From Squalus acanthias (taxonomy: Eukaryota), in NCBI GenBank assembly GCA_030390025.1, contig CM059431.1, positions 135,162,001-135,226,000 on the forward strand: a stretch of 64,000 bases of DNA. Direction: 5' to 3'. Shown here piece after piece: positions 1 through 11,098 of this stretch (position 1 is its first letter; the number at the start of each line of letters is the position of its first letter). The notes under the pieces are model-generated. The model saw only the letters and a program-made list of their open reading frames with translations, had not been told where the DNA came from and ran no database searches. Both the position numbers and the translations under genes were made by a program.

Positions 1-808
1 CCCTATATACGCAAGTCTAGATCATTAATATATATCAAAAAAAGCACTGGTCCAGATAATGACCCCTGGGGAACACCACTCTATACTTCCCTCCAGTCTG
101 AAAAACAGCCGTTCACCACTACTCTCTGCTTTCTGTCCCTTAGCCAATTTCGTATCCACACTGCCATTGTCCCTTTAGTCCCATGGGCTTTAATCTTGCT
201 AACAGGTCTATTATGTGGTACCTTGTCAAACGCCTTTTGAAACTCCATATACACAACATCAACTGCACGACCCTTGTCAACTCTCTCCGTTACTTCATCA
301 AAGAATGCAATCAAGTTAGTCAAACATGATTTGCCTTTACAAATCTGTGCTGACTTTCAATTGTTAGCCCATAATTTTCCAAATGCCAATTAATTTTATC
401 CTGGATTATTGTCTCTAAAAGTTTCCTCACCACCGACTTTAGGCTGACTGGCCTGTAGTTGTCGGGTATATCCCCCTTCCCTTTTTAAAACAGAGGTGTA
501 ATATTTGCAATCCTTCAGTCCTCTGGCACCACCCCCATATCTAAGGAGAATTGGAAGATTGTGGCCAGAGCCTCCGCTATTTGCACCCTTACTTCACTCA
601 GTAATCTAGGATGCATCCCATCCAGACCGGGTGACTTTTCTCCTTTCAGGACTGCCAACCTTTTAAGTACCTCCTCTATCTATTTTTATCCTATCCAATA
701 TCACTATTACGTCCTCCTTTACTGTTGCATTGGTAGCATCTTCTTCTCCAGTGAAGACAGATGCTATGTTATCATTTAGTACCTCAGCCATGCCCTCAGC
801 CATCTCAC
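1..808 (-). mobile_element. CR1 LINE ORF2 (RT) fragment, decayed
   Basis: ORF 81-323 (TNLIAFFDEVT..VDVVYMEFQKAFDKVPH..WIRNWLRDRKQRVVVNG) is typical CR1 RT; stops and frameshifts. Confidence 0.92.
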
Positions 809-809
809 G

Positions 810-1494
810 ATCTCTGTGGTGAGAGGTTTGCCTTTTTCAATGCATAAGTGCAGCATAGTGGGGAATTCCCCAGTGCGATCTGCTGTGATGCTAACAAAGC
901 GTCGAAGCAGCCAATCACGTTGCAGAATTCTCACAGACAGGGAAGCAGGAAATGAGGACCTTTTTTTATGACGACTTTTTAACATTTTACAGAGAGCAAA
1001 ACAAAGGTTGGGGCTCTCACATGGGGATAAGGTAGAACCTTAAATATCATGAATAAACTTAAATTTTTAAAAAAAATTTCTTTAAAATATTAATTTTTAT
1101 CATAATGGAGAAATTTGACACTCCATAAAATTAAAATTAGTTTTTCAGGCCATAACGTTTGTTTACCAGTCAACATGCTGCTAAAACCCCAGTTACACCT
1201 AATCCAACAAGGCCTAACATTTAATGGGGTATTTAACAGCGATATTACCCCGGAAAAGTGCAAGTTTTCATCAGTTTCACTGATTTCACTGATTACAGTG
1301 ATTGCCAGCTATGGTTTTGGCAGGTGGGGTGGGGGGGCACAGCACAGTCAGTGTTGGAGCAATGAATGACTGACCGTAACTTCAGCATTTCCGCCTTTAG
1401 ATGTGCTACATCCTGAAGTTGCGGTCAGTTTCAAAGGTGTAATAACGGCGAACGCTGTTGGTTCGCCATTATTACCCATCGCAAATTCCGGCCC
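810..1494. mobile_element. Partial Harbinger-type MITE (right end only) within CR1
   Basis: Ends in GCAAATTCCGGCCC (1481-1494), matching the termini of the other MITEs; AT-rich core; CR1 sequence resumes at ~1495; left TIR not found. Confidence 0.55.
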
Positions 1495-3291
1495 AATATC
1501 TCCCTAATCAGCCAGACCCGTCCTTTGATTATCCTTTTACTATTTATGTGTGTGTAAAAGACTGTTGGGTTCCCTTTTTTTTTAGCTGCTAATCTATTCT
1601 CATACTCTGTCTTTGCCCCTCTTATTCCTTTTTTAGATCTGCCTTATACTTTTTACATTCAGCTTAGTTCTCTACTGTATTATGAACCTTACATTTGTCA
1701 TAAGGCTCCTTCTTCTGTCTCATTCGAATCTCTTTATCTTTTCTCCTCCAGGGGGCTCTAGTATTGGAGGCCCTTCCTTTCCCCTTCTGGAAATGTGTCT
1801 ATTTTGTACCCAAACCATTTCTTCTTTTCTTTCTTTCTCTATCTTTCCTGATTACCTTGCAGCCAGGAATATTAAGTTCCTAATCGTCCCGTTCTTTGAG
1901 CCTAGCCTCTGTTATTGCCATTATATCATTGTCCTATGTGGCGACTTGTGCCTGCAGCTGAACAACCTTATTTACCACACTCCGTGCATTCACGTACATG
2001 CACTCCATACCCATCCTCGACCGCTTGTATTTTCCCGCTCTGTAAGATCTGGATCACGGGCCACACACAGATTACCCAAAAGGGTTTTAGAAGTTGTAAG
2101 GCTTTTATTAAAGAGCTACAGTTTTAAAGCATAATCAGGTATTACATATGGTTTAAGCCGAGTATAATAGACATACAACCCGTGACAGTAGGAGCGATCT
2201 ACGACTCCCGAATCGGAATGCCACGACCGGACGGACGGGGAGGCAGTACGGTGGTCTCGGATTGGGTGGATTCCTGCAGTGTGCTGCAGCGGTCACTTCC
2301 GTTGGGTCATCTCTCGAGCTGTTGGAGGTGTTAGGCCGTCAGCCACCTCAGAGGCTAACCTTGCCCAAGGTGTTGGGCCGTAGCCACCTCGGGGAAGCCT
2401 TCGCCCCTAACTGCCTGATTTCCTCTCTCGGTCGTCTATATTTATAGTTATTTCGGTGGGCTGGTAATCACCTGGTGTCAATCATTTGATCCCCCATCCT
2501 ATTGTCCAATTGTGAAGCGGGAAGGCATCCCTCACCGTCCCTTTCTGCATGACTGACAAGGCCTCCCTCTTATCTTTCTGAGGAATGTTTTGTTATGTTT
2601 CTTTAAGGACATTTTATGACTTTTTGGCTCCATTTTTGTCAATTATCCCCCACCCTGTGTTGTTTTGCATTTTACGATTCTCTTATCACTTCTATTTCTC
2701 TTTTGATGCTTGTTATTCGACCTTGCTGGCATTTCTGCTATCTGTTCCTGGCTGCATGTTGTCAGTCTCTGTTCTAAGAATTAAAACCCATCTTTGAATC
2801 TAACAGCTATTTCTTACAGCTCCCAATAACTATTCTTTACTCGAGTGCTATTTGTCTCTCCCAGTCCTTTGTGCACCTTATTTCTCCCCTCTTAATGTTT
2901 CATATCTCATGTTCAATTACTGTTTTGCCTACCAATTTTTGATTCTAATCCACCTGGGCCAGATCCCTTTTCAACTCACTAAAGTTAACCCTCCTCCAGT
3001 TAAGTATTTTTACACTTGATTGTTCCTTGTCCTTTTCCATAACTATTCTAAACCTGCTGATATTGTGATCACTGTTCCCCCAATGCACCCTCATTAAAAC
3101 ATACTTAACTTACCCCAATTCATGCCCCAGAATTAGATCCAGCACTGCTTCCTTCCTTGTTGGGCTTGAAACACACTGATCAAGAAAGTTCTCTTTTGCA
3201 CATTTCAGGAATTCCTCCCCTCCAGCGCACCTCCCCCCCCCCCCACTTGCTGTTTACACTGTTACTATCCCAGTCTGTATTAGGATAATTG
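1495..3291 (-). mobile_element. CR1 LINE fragments (linker/endonuclease region), interrupted by a solo LTR
   Basis: Similar to the CR1 segments at 6960-7350 and 9280-9960. Confidence 0.75.
2041..2818 (-). mobile_element. Solo LTR (ERV or Gypsy type), 778 bp
   Basis: TGTAAGA...TCTTACA inverted termini; 4-bp TSD GCTC (2037-2040, 2819-2822); minus-strand AATAAA at 2104-2109 and TATA-like box at ~2436-2448. Confidence 0.85.
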
Positions 3292-4466
3292 AAATAAAAA
3301 CAGAAAGTGTTGGAAACACTCAGCAGGTCAGGCAGCATCTGTGGAGAGAGAAACAGAGTTAACGTTTCAGGTCGAGGATCTTTTGTCAGAACTGGAAAAG
3401 TTAGAGGTATAACAAGGTTTTAAGCAAGTGCAGAGGCAGGGAAAGGTGGCAGGGGGGGTGGAGGAAAGAACAAAAGGGAAGGTCTGTGATAGGGTGGAAG
3501 GCAGGAAAGATTAAAGAAAAAAGAAAGACTTGCATTTATATCGCGCCTTTCACTACTACCAGACATCCCAAAGAGCTTTACAGCCAATGAAATACTTTTG
3601 AAGTGTAGTCACTGCTGTAATGTGGGAAACGCAGCAGCCAAATTGCACACAGCAAGCTCCCACAAACAGTAATGTGATAATGACCAGATAATCTGTTTTA
3701 GTTATGTTGATTGAGGGATAAATATTGGCCAGGACATTGGGGATAAGTCCCCTTCTCTTCTCATCTGAAGTATGGCACCTCCGACAGTGCAGCACACCCT
3801 CAGCACTGCACTGGAGTATCAGACTAGATTTATATGGCTAAGTTCCATGGAATGGGACTATGAACCCACAATCTTCTGACTCAGAGGCGAGAGTGCTACC
3901 AACTGAGCCACAGCTGACACTAAACGTCGTGCTTCATTAAATGACAAAAGTTCTGATTGTACAAGGTAAAAGTGGGTGGTAATGGGACAAGTAAAGAAAC
4001 AAAAGATTGATCTAGAAGAGGTGTAAATGCGAACAGCAGAATCATCAACAGCTGTTGTCTGAAAAAATGGGGGTAGAGCTTATGATCTGAAATTGTTGAA
4101 CTCAGTGTTGAGTCCAGAAGGCTGTAAAGTGCCTAATCGAAAGATGAGGTGCTGTTCCTCGAGCTTATGTTGAGCTTCATTGGAAAAGTGTAGGAGGCCG
4201 AGAACAGAGAGGTCAGAGTGTGAGTGGAGCGGAGAATTAAAGTAACAGGCGACCGGAAGCTCGGGGTCACCCTTACGGACTCAACGGAGGTGTTCCACAA
4301 AGCGGTCACCCAATCTGCGTTTGGTCTCCCCAATGTAGAGGAGACCGCATCGTGATCAGCGAACACAGTATACTAAATTGAAAGAAGTATAAGTAAATCG
4401 CTGTTTCACCTGTTCAGTATAAGCCCACTGACTCCCACAGCTACCTTGACTACACTTCCTCCCACA
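3292..4466 (-). mobile_element. Penelope-like element 3' part (GIY-YIG endonuclease remnant + pLTR), interrupted by a SINE
   Basis: Minus-strand translation near 4240-4345 gives LYIGETKRRLGDRFVEHLR (GIY-YIG); pLTR 3292-3400 carries a degenerate hammerhead (CTGACAA..GAAACGTT). Confidence 0.85.
3513..3920 (-). mobile_element. tRNA-derived Deu-domain SINE (SacSINE1-like)
   Basis: tRNA-like head (GGCTCAGTTGGTAGCACTCTCGCC on minus strand) and L2-like tail; homologous copies at 33955 and 42781. Confidence 0.8.
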
Positions 4467-5152
4467 TCTCATTGTCATAGAATCATAGAATCATAGAATG
4501 GTTACAACACAGAAGGAGGCCATTCGGCCTGTCGAGCCTGTGCTGGCTCTGCAAGATCACTTCAGCTAGTCCTACTTCCCTGCCCTTTCTCCGTAGCCCT
4601 GTAAATTGTTTTCCTTCAGGTACTTATCCAATTCTCTTTTGAAAGCCACGATTGAATCTGCCTCCACCACCCTTGCTGCGTACAAAAGTTTTTCCTCATG
4701 TTGCCTTTGGTTCTTCTGCCAATCACCTTAAATCTGTGTCCTCTGGTTCTCGACCCTTCCACCAATGGGAACAGTTTCTCTCTATCTACTCTGTCTAGAC
4801 TCCTCATAATTTTGAATACCTCTATCAAATCTCCTCACAAACTTCTCTGCTCTAAGGAGAACAATCCCAGCTTCTCCAGTCTATCCACATAACTGAAGTC
4901 CCTCAGCTCTGGAACCATTTTTATAAATCTTTTCTGCACCCTCTCTAAGGCCTTCACATCCTTCCTGAAGTGCGGAACCCAGAATTGGACACAATACTCC
5001 AGTTGAGGCCAAACCAGTATCATAACTTCCTTGCTTTTGTACTCTATTCCTCTATTTATAAATCATGATGCGGAGATGCCGGCATTGGACTGGGGTGGAC
5101 AAAAATGAGAAGTCGCACAACACCAGGTTATAGTCCAACAGATTTATTTAAA

Positions 5153-5193
5153 ATTACAAGCTTTCGGAGCTATCCTGCCCCTTCTTCAGGTAC
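5153..5193 (-). ncRNA. Minimal type I hammerhead ribozyme motif
   Basis: Minus strand: TAC-CTGAAGA-A-GGGGC-AGGATA-GCTCC-GAAA-GCTT-GTA; intact core, stem II, palindromic AAGCTT in place of stem III. Confidence 0.8.
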
Positions 5194-5751
5194 AGTTACA
5201 ATGAGTGAATCTACAAAAGTTCACAGAATATAAACACAGAAACTGCAGAGATACAATCTTTCCTTACATCAAAGACACACCAAGAGCACAGCCAAGACAA
5301 TGAGATGTGTCCCAGGGGGTCCAACGTGTCAAATCCTGCTGACTGCAGCAGATCTCTCTCCATATCCCTTCCTCTCTCTCCGTCTTTTTAGGGGTTTGTT
5401 TTTTGTGTTTGTTTTTTTGTGTTTGTTTTTTTTAAAACTGGAAAGACAGACAACGATGTCATGTCACGCTACAGAACGTGACTTGACATCGTTGTCTGTC
5501 TTTCCAGTTTTAAAAAAAACAAACACAAAAAAACAAACACAAAAAACAAACCCCTAAAAAGACGGAGAGAGAGGAAGGGATATGGAGAGAGATCTGCTGC
5601 AGTCAGCAGGATTTGACACGTTGGACCCCCTGGGACACATCTCATTGTCTTGGCTGTGCTCTTGGTGTGTCTTTGATGTAGGGAAAGATTGTATCTCTGT
5701 AGTATCTGTGTTTATATTCTATGAACTTTTGTAGATTCACTCAGTCAAACT

Positions 5752-5789
5752 TTGCCTGAAGAAGGGGCGATAGCTCCGAAAGCTTGTAA
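5752..5789 (+). ncRNA. Minimal type I hammerhead ribozyme motif
   Basis: TTGC-CTGAAGA-A-GGGGC-GATA-GCTCC-GAAA-GCTT-GTAA; CUGANGA 5756-5762, GAAA 5778-5781, stem I TTGC/GTAA. Confidence 0.82.
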
Positions 5790-7357
5790 TTTTAAATAAA
5801 TCTGTTGGACTATAACCTGGTGTTGTGCGACTTCTCATTTCTATTTATAAAGCCCAGAATCATGTATGCTTTTGTAACCTCTTTCTCAATCTGCCCTGCC
5901 ACCTTCAACGATTTGTGCACATATACCCCCAGGTCTCTCTGTTCCTGCACCCCCTTTAGAATTGTATCCTTTAGTTTATATTGCCTCTCCTTGTTCTTCC
6001 TACCAAAATGTATCACTTTGCACTTTTCTGCGTTAAATTTCATCTGCCACTGTCCGCCCATTCTACCAGCCTGTCTATGTCCTCTTGAAATCTATCACTA
6101 TCCTTCTCACTGTTCACTATACTTCCAAGTTTTGTGTCATCTGCAAGTTTTGAAATTGTGCCCTATACACCCAAGTCCAAGTCATTAGTATATAGCAAGA
6201 AAAGCAGTGGTCCTAGTACCGACCCCCTGGGGCACCACTGTATACCTTCCTCCAGTCCAAAAAACGAGTAGTTTCCTGTCACTTAGCCAATTTCATATCC
6301 ATGCTGCCACTATCCCTTTTATTCCATGGGCTTCAACTTTGCTAGCAAGTCTATTATGTGGCACTTTATCAAACGCCTTTTGGAAGTCCATGTACATTAC
6401 ATCAACTGCATTGCCCTCATCAGCCTTCTCTGTTACCTCATCAAAAAACTCAAATCAAATTAGTTAAACACAATTTGCCTTTAACAAATCCGTGCTGGCT
6501 TTTCTTAATTAATCCACACTTGTCCAAGTGACAATTAATTTTGTCCAGGATTATCGTTTCTAAAAGCTTCCCCACCACCGAGGTTAAACTGACTGGCCTG
6601 TAGTTGCTGGGCTTATCCTTATACCCTTTTTTGAACATTTGCAATTCTCCAGTCCTTTGGCACCACTCCCGTATTTAAGGAGGATTGGAAAATTATGGCC
6701 AGTACCTCCGCAATTTCCACCTTTATTTCCCTCAGCATCCTAGGATGCATCCCATCTGGTCCTGGTGACTTATCTACTTTAAGTACAGCCAGCCTTTCTA
6801 GTACCTCCTCTTTATCAATTTTTAGCCCATCCAGTGTCGCAACTACCTCCTCTTTCACTATGACTTTGGCAGCATCTTCTTCCTTGGTAAAGACAGATGC
6901 AAAGTACTTATTTAGTACCTCAGCCATGCGCTCTGCCTCCATGCGTAGGTCTCCTTTTTGGTCCTTAAATGGCCCCGCCCCTCTTACTACCCGTTTACTA
7001 TTTATATGCCTATAGAAGACTTTTGGATTACGTTTTATGTTAGCTGTCAGTCTATTCTCATACTCTCTGTTTGCCTCTCTTATTTCCTTTTTCACTTCCC
7101 CTCAGAACTTTTTATATTCTGCCTGGTTCTCACTTGTATTGTCAACCTGACATCTGTCATATGCCCCCTTTTTCTGCTTCATTTTACTCTCTATCTCTTT
7201 CGTCATCCGGGGAGCCCTGGCTTTGGTTGCCCTAACTTTCCACCTCATGGGAATGTACCTCGATTGTAACCGAAACATCTCCTCTTTAAAGGCAGGCCAC
7301 TGTTCGATTACAGTTTTGCCTGCCAATATTTGATTCCAATTTACCTGGGCCAGATCC

Positions 7358-9279
7358 AGGATGACTAAAAATATAATAAAGAGAGAGAAGATGAATTATG
7401 AGATTAAACGGGCAAGAAATATTAAAACAGATAGTAAGAGCTTCGACAGGTATATAAAAAGGAAGAGAGTAGCTAAAGTAAATGTTGGTCCCTTAGAGGA
7501 TGAGAATGGGGAATTAATAATAGGGAATTAATAATGGAGAACGGGGAAATCGCAGAGACTCTGAACAAATATTTTGTATCTGTCTTCACGGTAGAAGACA
7601 CTAACAACATCCCAATAAGGATAACCAAGGGGCCACAAGGAGGGGGGAACTAAAGACAATCACTATCACTAAGGAAATAGTACTTGGTAAAATAATGGGA
7701 CTAAAAGACGACAAGTCCCCTGGACCAGATGGCCTGCATCCCAAGGTCTTAAAAGAAGTGGCTGCAGAGATAGTGGATGCAATATACCAAAGTTCTCTGG
7801 ACTCTGGAGAGGTCCCAGCAGATTGGAAAACCGCAAATGTAACACCCCTATTTATGAAAGGAGGGAGACAGAAAGCAGGAAACTATAGACCAGTTAGCCT
7901 AACATCTGTCGTTGGGAAAATGCTGGAGTCCTTCATTAAGGAAGCGATAGCAGGGCATTTGGAAAATCATAATGCAGTCAGCATGGTTTTATGAAAGGGT
8001 TTAACAAATTTGCTGGAGTTCTTTGAGGATGTAACGAGCAGGGTAGATAAAGGTGAGCCAGTGGATGTGGTGTATTTGGATTTCCAGAAAGCATTCAATA
8101 AGGTGCTACATAAAAGGTTACTGCATAAGATAAGAGCTCACAGAGTTGGGGGTAATATATTAGCATGGATAGAGAATTGGCTAACTAACAGAAAGTAGAG
8201 AGTCGGGATAAATGGGTCATTTTCCGGTTGGCAAACAGTAACTAGTGGGGTGCCACAGGGATCGGTGCTGGGGCCTCAACTATTTATAATCTACATTAAT
8301 GACTTGGATGAAGGGACCGAGTGTAATGTAGCCAAGTTTGCGGATGATACAAAGATGGGTGGGAAAGCAAGTTGTACAGAGGACTCAAAGAATCTGCAAA
8401 GGGATATAGACAGGCTAAGTGAGTGGGAAAACATTTGGCAGATGGAGTATAATGTAGGAAAGTGCGAGGTTAACCACTTTGGCAGGAAAAATACAAAAGC
8501 AAATTATTATTTAAATGGAGAGAGATTACAAAATGCTACAGTTCAGAGGGACCTGGGGGTCCTTGTGCATGAAACACAAAAAGTTAGCATGCAGGTACAG
8601 CAAGTAATCAAAAAGGCAAATGAAATGTTGGCCTTTATTGCAAGGGGGTTGGAGTATAAAAGCAGGGAAGTCCTGCTACAACTGTACAGGATATTGGTGA
8701 GACCACACCGTGAGTACTGCATACAGTTTTGGTCTCCTTATTTAAGGAAGGATATACTTGCATTGGAGGCAGTTCAGAGACAATTCACTAGGTTAATTCC
8801 AGAGATGAGGGGGTTGACTTATGAAGAAAGGTTGAGCAGGTTGGGCCTATACTCATTGGAATTTAGAAGAATAAGAGGTGATCTTATTGAAACATATAAG
8901 ATACTGAGTGGGCGCGACAAGGTAGATGCAGAGAGGATGTTTCCCCTCGTGGGGAAATCTAGAACTCGGGGGCATAGTTTCAGAATAAAGGGTCGCCCTT
9001 TTAGAACTGAGATGAGGAGGAATTTCTTCTCTCAGAGGGTCGTAAATCTGTGGAATTCTCTGCCCCAGAGAGCTGTGGAGGCTGGGTCATTAAATACATT
9101 TAAGGTGGAGATAGACAGATTTTTGCAAGATAAGGGAGGGAAGGGTTATGGGGAGCGGGCAGGGAAGTGGCTTTGAGCCCAAGATCAGCCATGATCTTAT
9201 TGAATGGAGGAGCAGGCTTGAGGGGCCAAGTGGCCTATTCCTGCTCCTATTTCTGATGTTCTTATGTACTTTTGTTCTT
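7358..9279 (+). mobile_element. 5'-truncated CR1 LINE nested in the opposite-strand CR1
   Basis: RT ORFs 7695-9176 (PQGSVLGP, FADDTK); CR1 3' UTR and TTCTTATG-type tail; probable short TSD ATCC. Confidence 0.93.
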
Positions 9280-9969
9280 ATCCGTTCTCAACCCACTGAA
9301 ATTGGCCCTCCTTCAATTAAGTATTTTTACTCTAGATTGCTCCTAGACCTTTTCTATAGCTAATCTGAACCTTATGATACTATGATCACTGTTTCCTAAA
9401 TGTTCCCCTACTGACACTTGCTCCACTTGACCCACCTCATTTCCCACAACCAAATCCAGCATGCCTCCTTCCTCATTGGGCCGGAAACGTACTGATCAAG
9501 AAAGTTCTCCTGAACACACTTCAGAAATTCCTCCCCCTCTCTGCCCTTTACACTATTACTATCCCAGTATATATTAGGATAATTGAAGTCCCATATTATC
9601 ATTGCTCTATAGTTCTCTGTAATTTTGCTGCAAATTTGCTCCTCTATATCCTTCCCACTAGTTGGTGGCCTATAGATGACACCTCTATTGTTTCTTAACT
9701 CTAACCAAATAGATTCTGTCCTTGACCCCTCCAGGACATCCTCTCTCTCCAGCACTGTAATATTCTCCTTAATCAATACTGCCACCCCACCTCCTTTCTT
9801 TCGTTCCCTATCTTTCCTGAACACCTTATATCCAGGAATATTTAATACCCAATCCTGTCCTTTTTTGAGCCCGGTCTCCATTATCGCCACAACATCATAT
9901 TCCCATGTGGCTTTTTGCGCCTGCAGCTCACCAACCTTACTTACCACGCTTCGTGCGTTTACACACATG

Positions 9970-10670
9970 AGGCTAGAAATTGGGTTGTTTTACGCCTCTC
10001 CTTAGGGCGCTAACGCGGCGCAAATGCTCGCGCACCATGGCGCAGCGTTGCTAACGCCTCCCGTGAATTTCAGTGGGAGGTTATTGGTGGCGGTAGCCAG
10101 CAGCGCCCTGCTCTGCTGCGCCGGCAATGATGACATCATCGCGTGCGCAGCGCCCCGTTTGCGCCCCCGCCGTAAACTTCCCCTGCGCCCCCTGACCTAT
10201 CGCTGGGCGATATGTGCGACAGCATCAGGGGGCGGTTTTGCAGCGGCGGTAGTGGGCGGTGGCGCAATTTAAAGGGCAGGCGTCTGGCAGCCATTTTTAT
10301 TTTGGCCGACTGCCAGCACCTGCCCCCTTTCACATTTGTATGCGGGGTGCCAGCCGCGTTCGTTCGGCCCGGTACTCCTCTTGCGTGCCGGGCTGTTTCC
10401 ACAGCACCCTGCTCCCTGGTGGTCCGGCAGAGCCCCAGTGCATGCAGCGCTAGGCCCCTCCCCTTTAATCAGGGTAGGAGTCCTGCAATGACGCGGCGCA
10501 GCTACACATAGCGCCGCCACATTAAGTATTCATTCCATTAGCGCCCCACCTCCTTCTTGGGGTGCTACTACTGAATTTACAGGGAAGGGGCGCTAACTTT
10601 TTCGGGACACTTAAAATAGCGCCCCGGTGAGGTTAGCACCCCAAAATCGGCTATACCCAATTTTTCCTCC
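9970..10670. mobile_element. Harbinger-type MITE, GC-rich family A
   Basis: Termini AGGCTAGAAATTGGGT / ACCCAATTTTTCCTCC; flanks ATG/ATA; splits CR1; related to 38498-42197, 48695-49050, 53536-54271. Confidence 0.75.
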
Positions 10671-11098
10671 ATACACTGTAAACCTATCTTAGATCTTCTT
10701 GCATTCTCTCTCAGTTTGACCCTACCTAATACCGTACTATTTCTTACTCTAGTGCTATCTGTTTCTCCCAATCCTTTGTGCACCTTGTTTCTCCTTTCTA
10801 ATGCTACATCCTGGTGCCCATCCCCCTGCCAAATTAGTTTAAACTCTCCCCAACAGCACTAGCAAACCCCCCCACCCCCCGCCCCCCCCCCCCACCCCCC
10901 GCCGTGAGATATTGCTCCTGGCTCTGTTGATGTGCAACCTGTGCGGCCTCCTCCCAGGTCCCACCTCGCCCAGAATTGGTCCTAATGTCCCAGGAATCTG
11001 AAGCCCTCCCTCCTGCACCATCTCTCCAGCCACCCATTCATCTGCCACTTGTCAAGCCACTTACAACTTCAGCTGGAAGAAGATGGCAGTGGAAACAC

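Larger units (their letters stand above)
5063..5839. mobile_element. Non-coding fold-back insertion (inverted Penelope-type pLTR pair with 40-nt tail)
   Basis: Arms 5103-5468 and 5477-5840 are reverse complements with an 8-nt loop; unpaired tail 5063-5102; 12-bp TSD TCTATTTATAAA (5051-5062, 5840-5851). Confidence 0.88.
4475..11048 (-). mobile_element. Long CR1 LINE (tail, RT, APE endonuclease, end of ORF1) with three nested insertions
   Basis: (ATTCTATG)n tail at 4475-4500; RT pieces 4616-7326; APE piece 9408-9968 (CVNARSVVSK..GGGVAVLIKE..DFNYPNI); sequence resumes colinearly after each insertion (5063-5839, 7358-9279, 9970-10670). Confidence 0.9.

Noticed and set aside
5103..5840. Palindrome as a read fold-back or assembly artefact
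   Set aside because: Arms differ at about 10 clustered sites, the flanks are non-palindromic colinear CR1, and a 12-bp TSD is present; long-read confirmation is still desirable
10867..10903. C-run with G-quadruplex potential on the minus strand
   Set aside because: Slippage expansion within a dead CR1, nothing suggesting function
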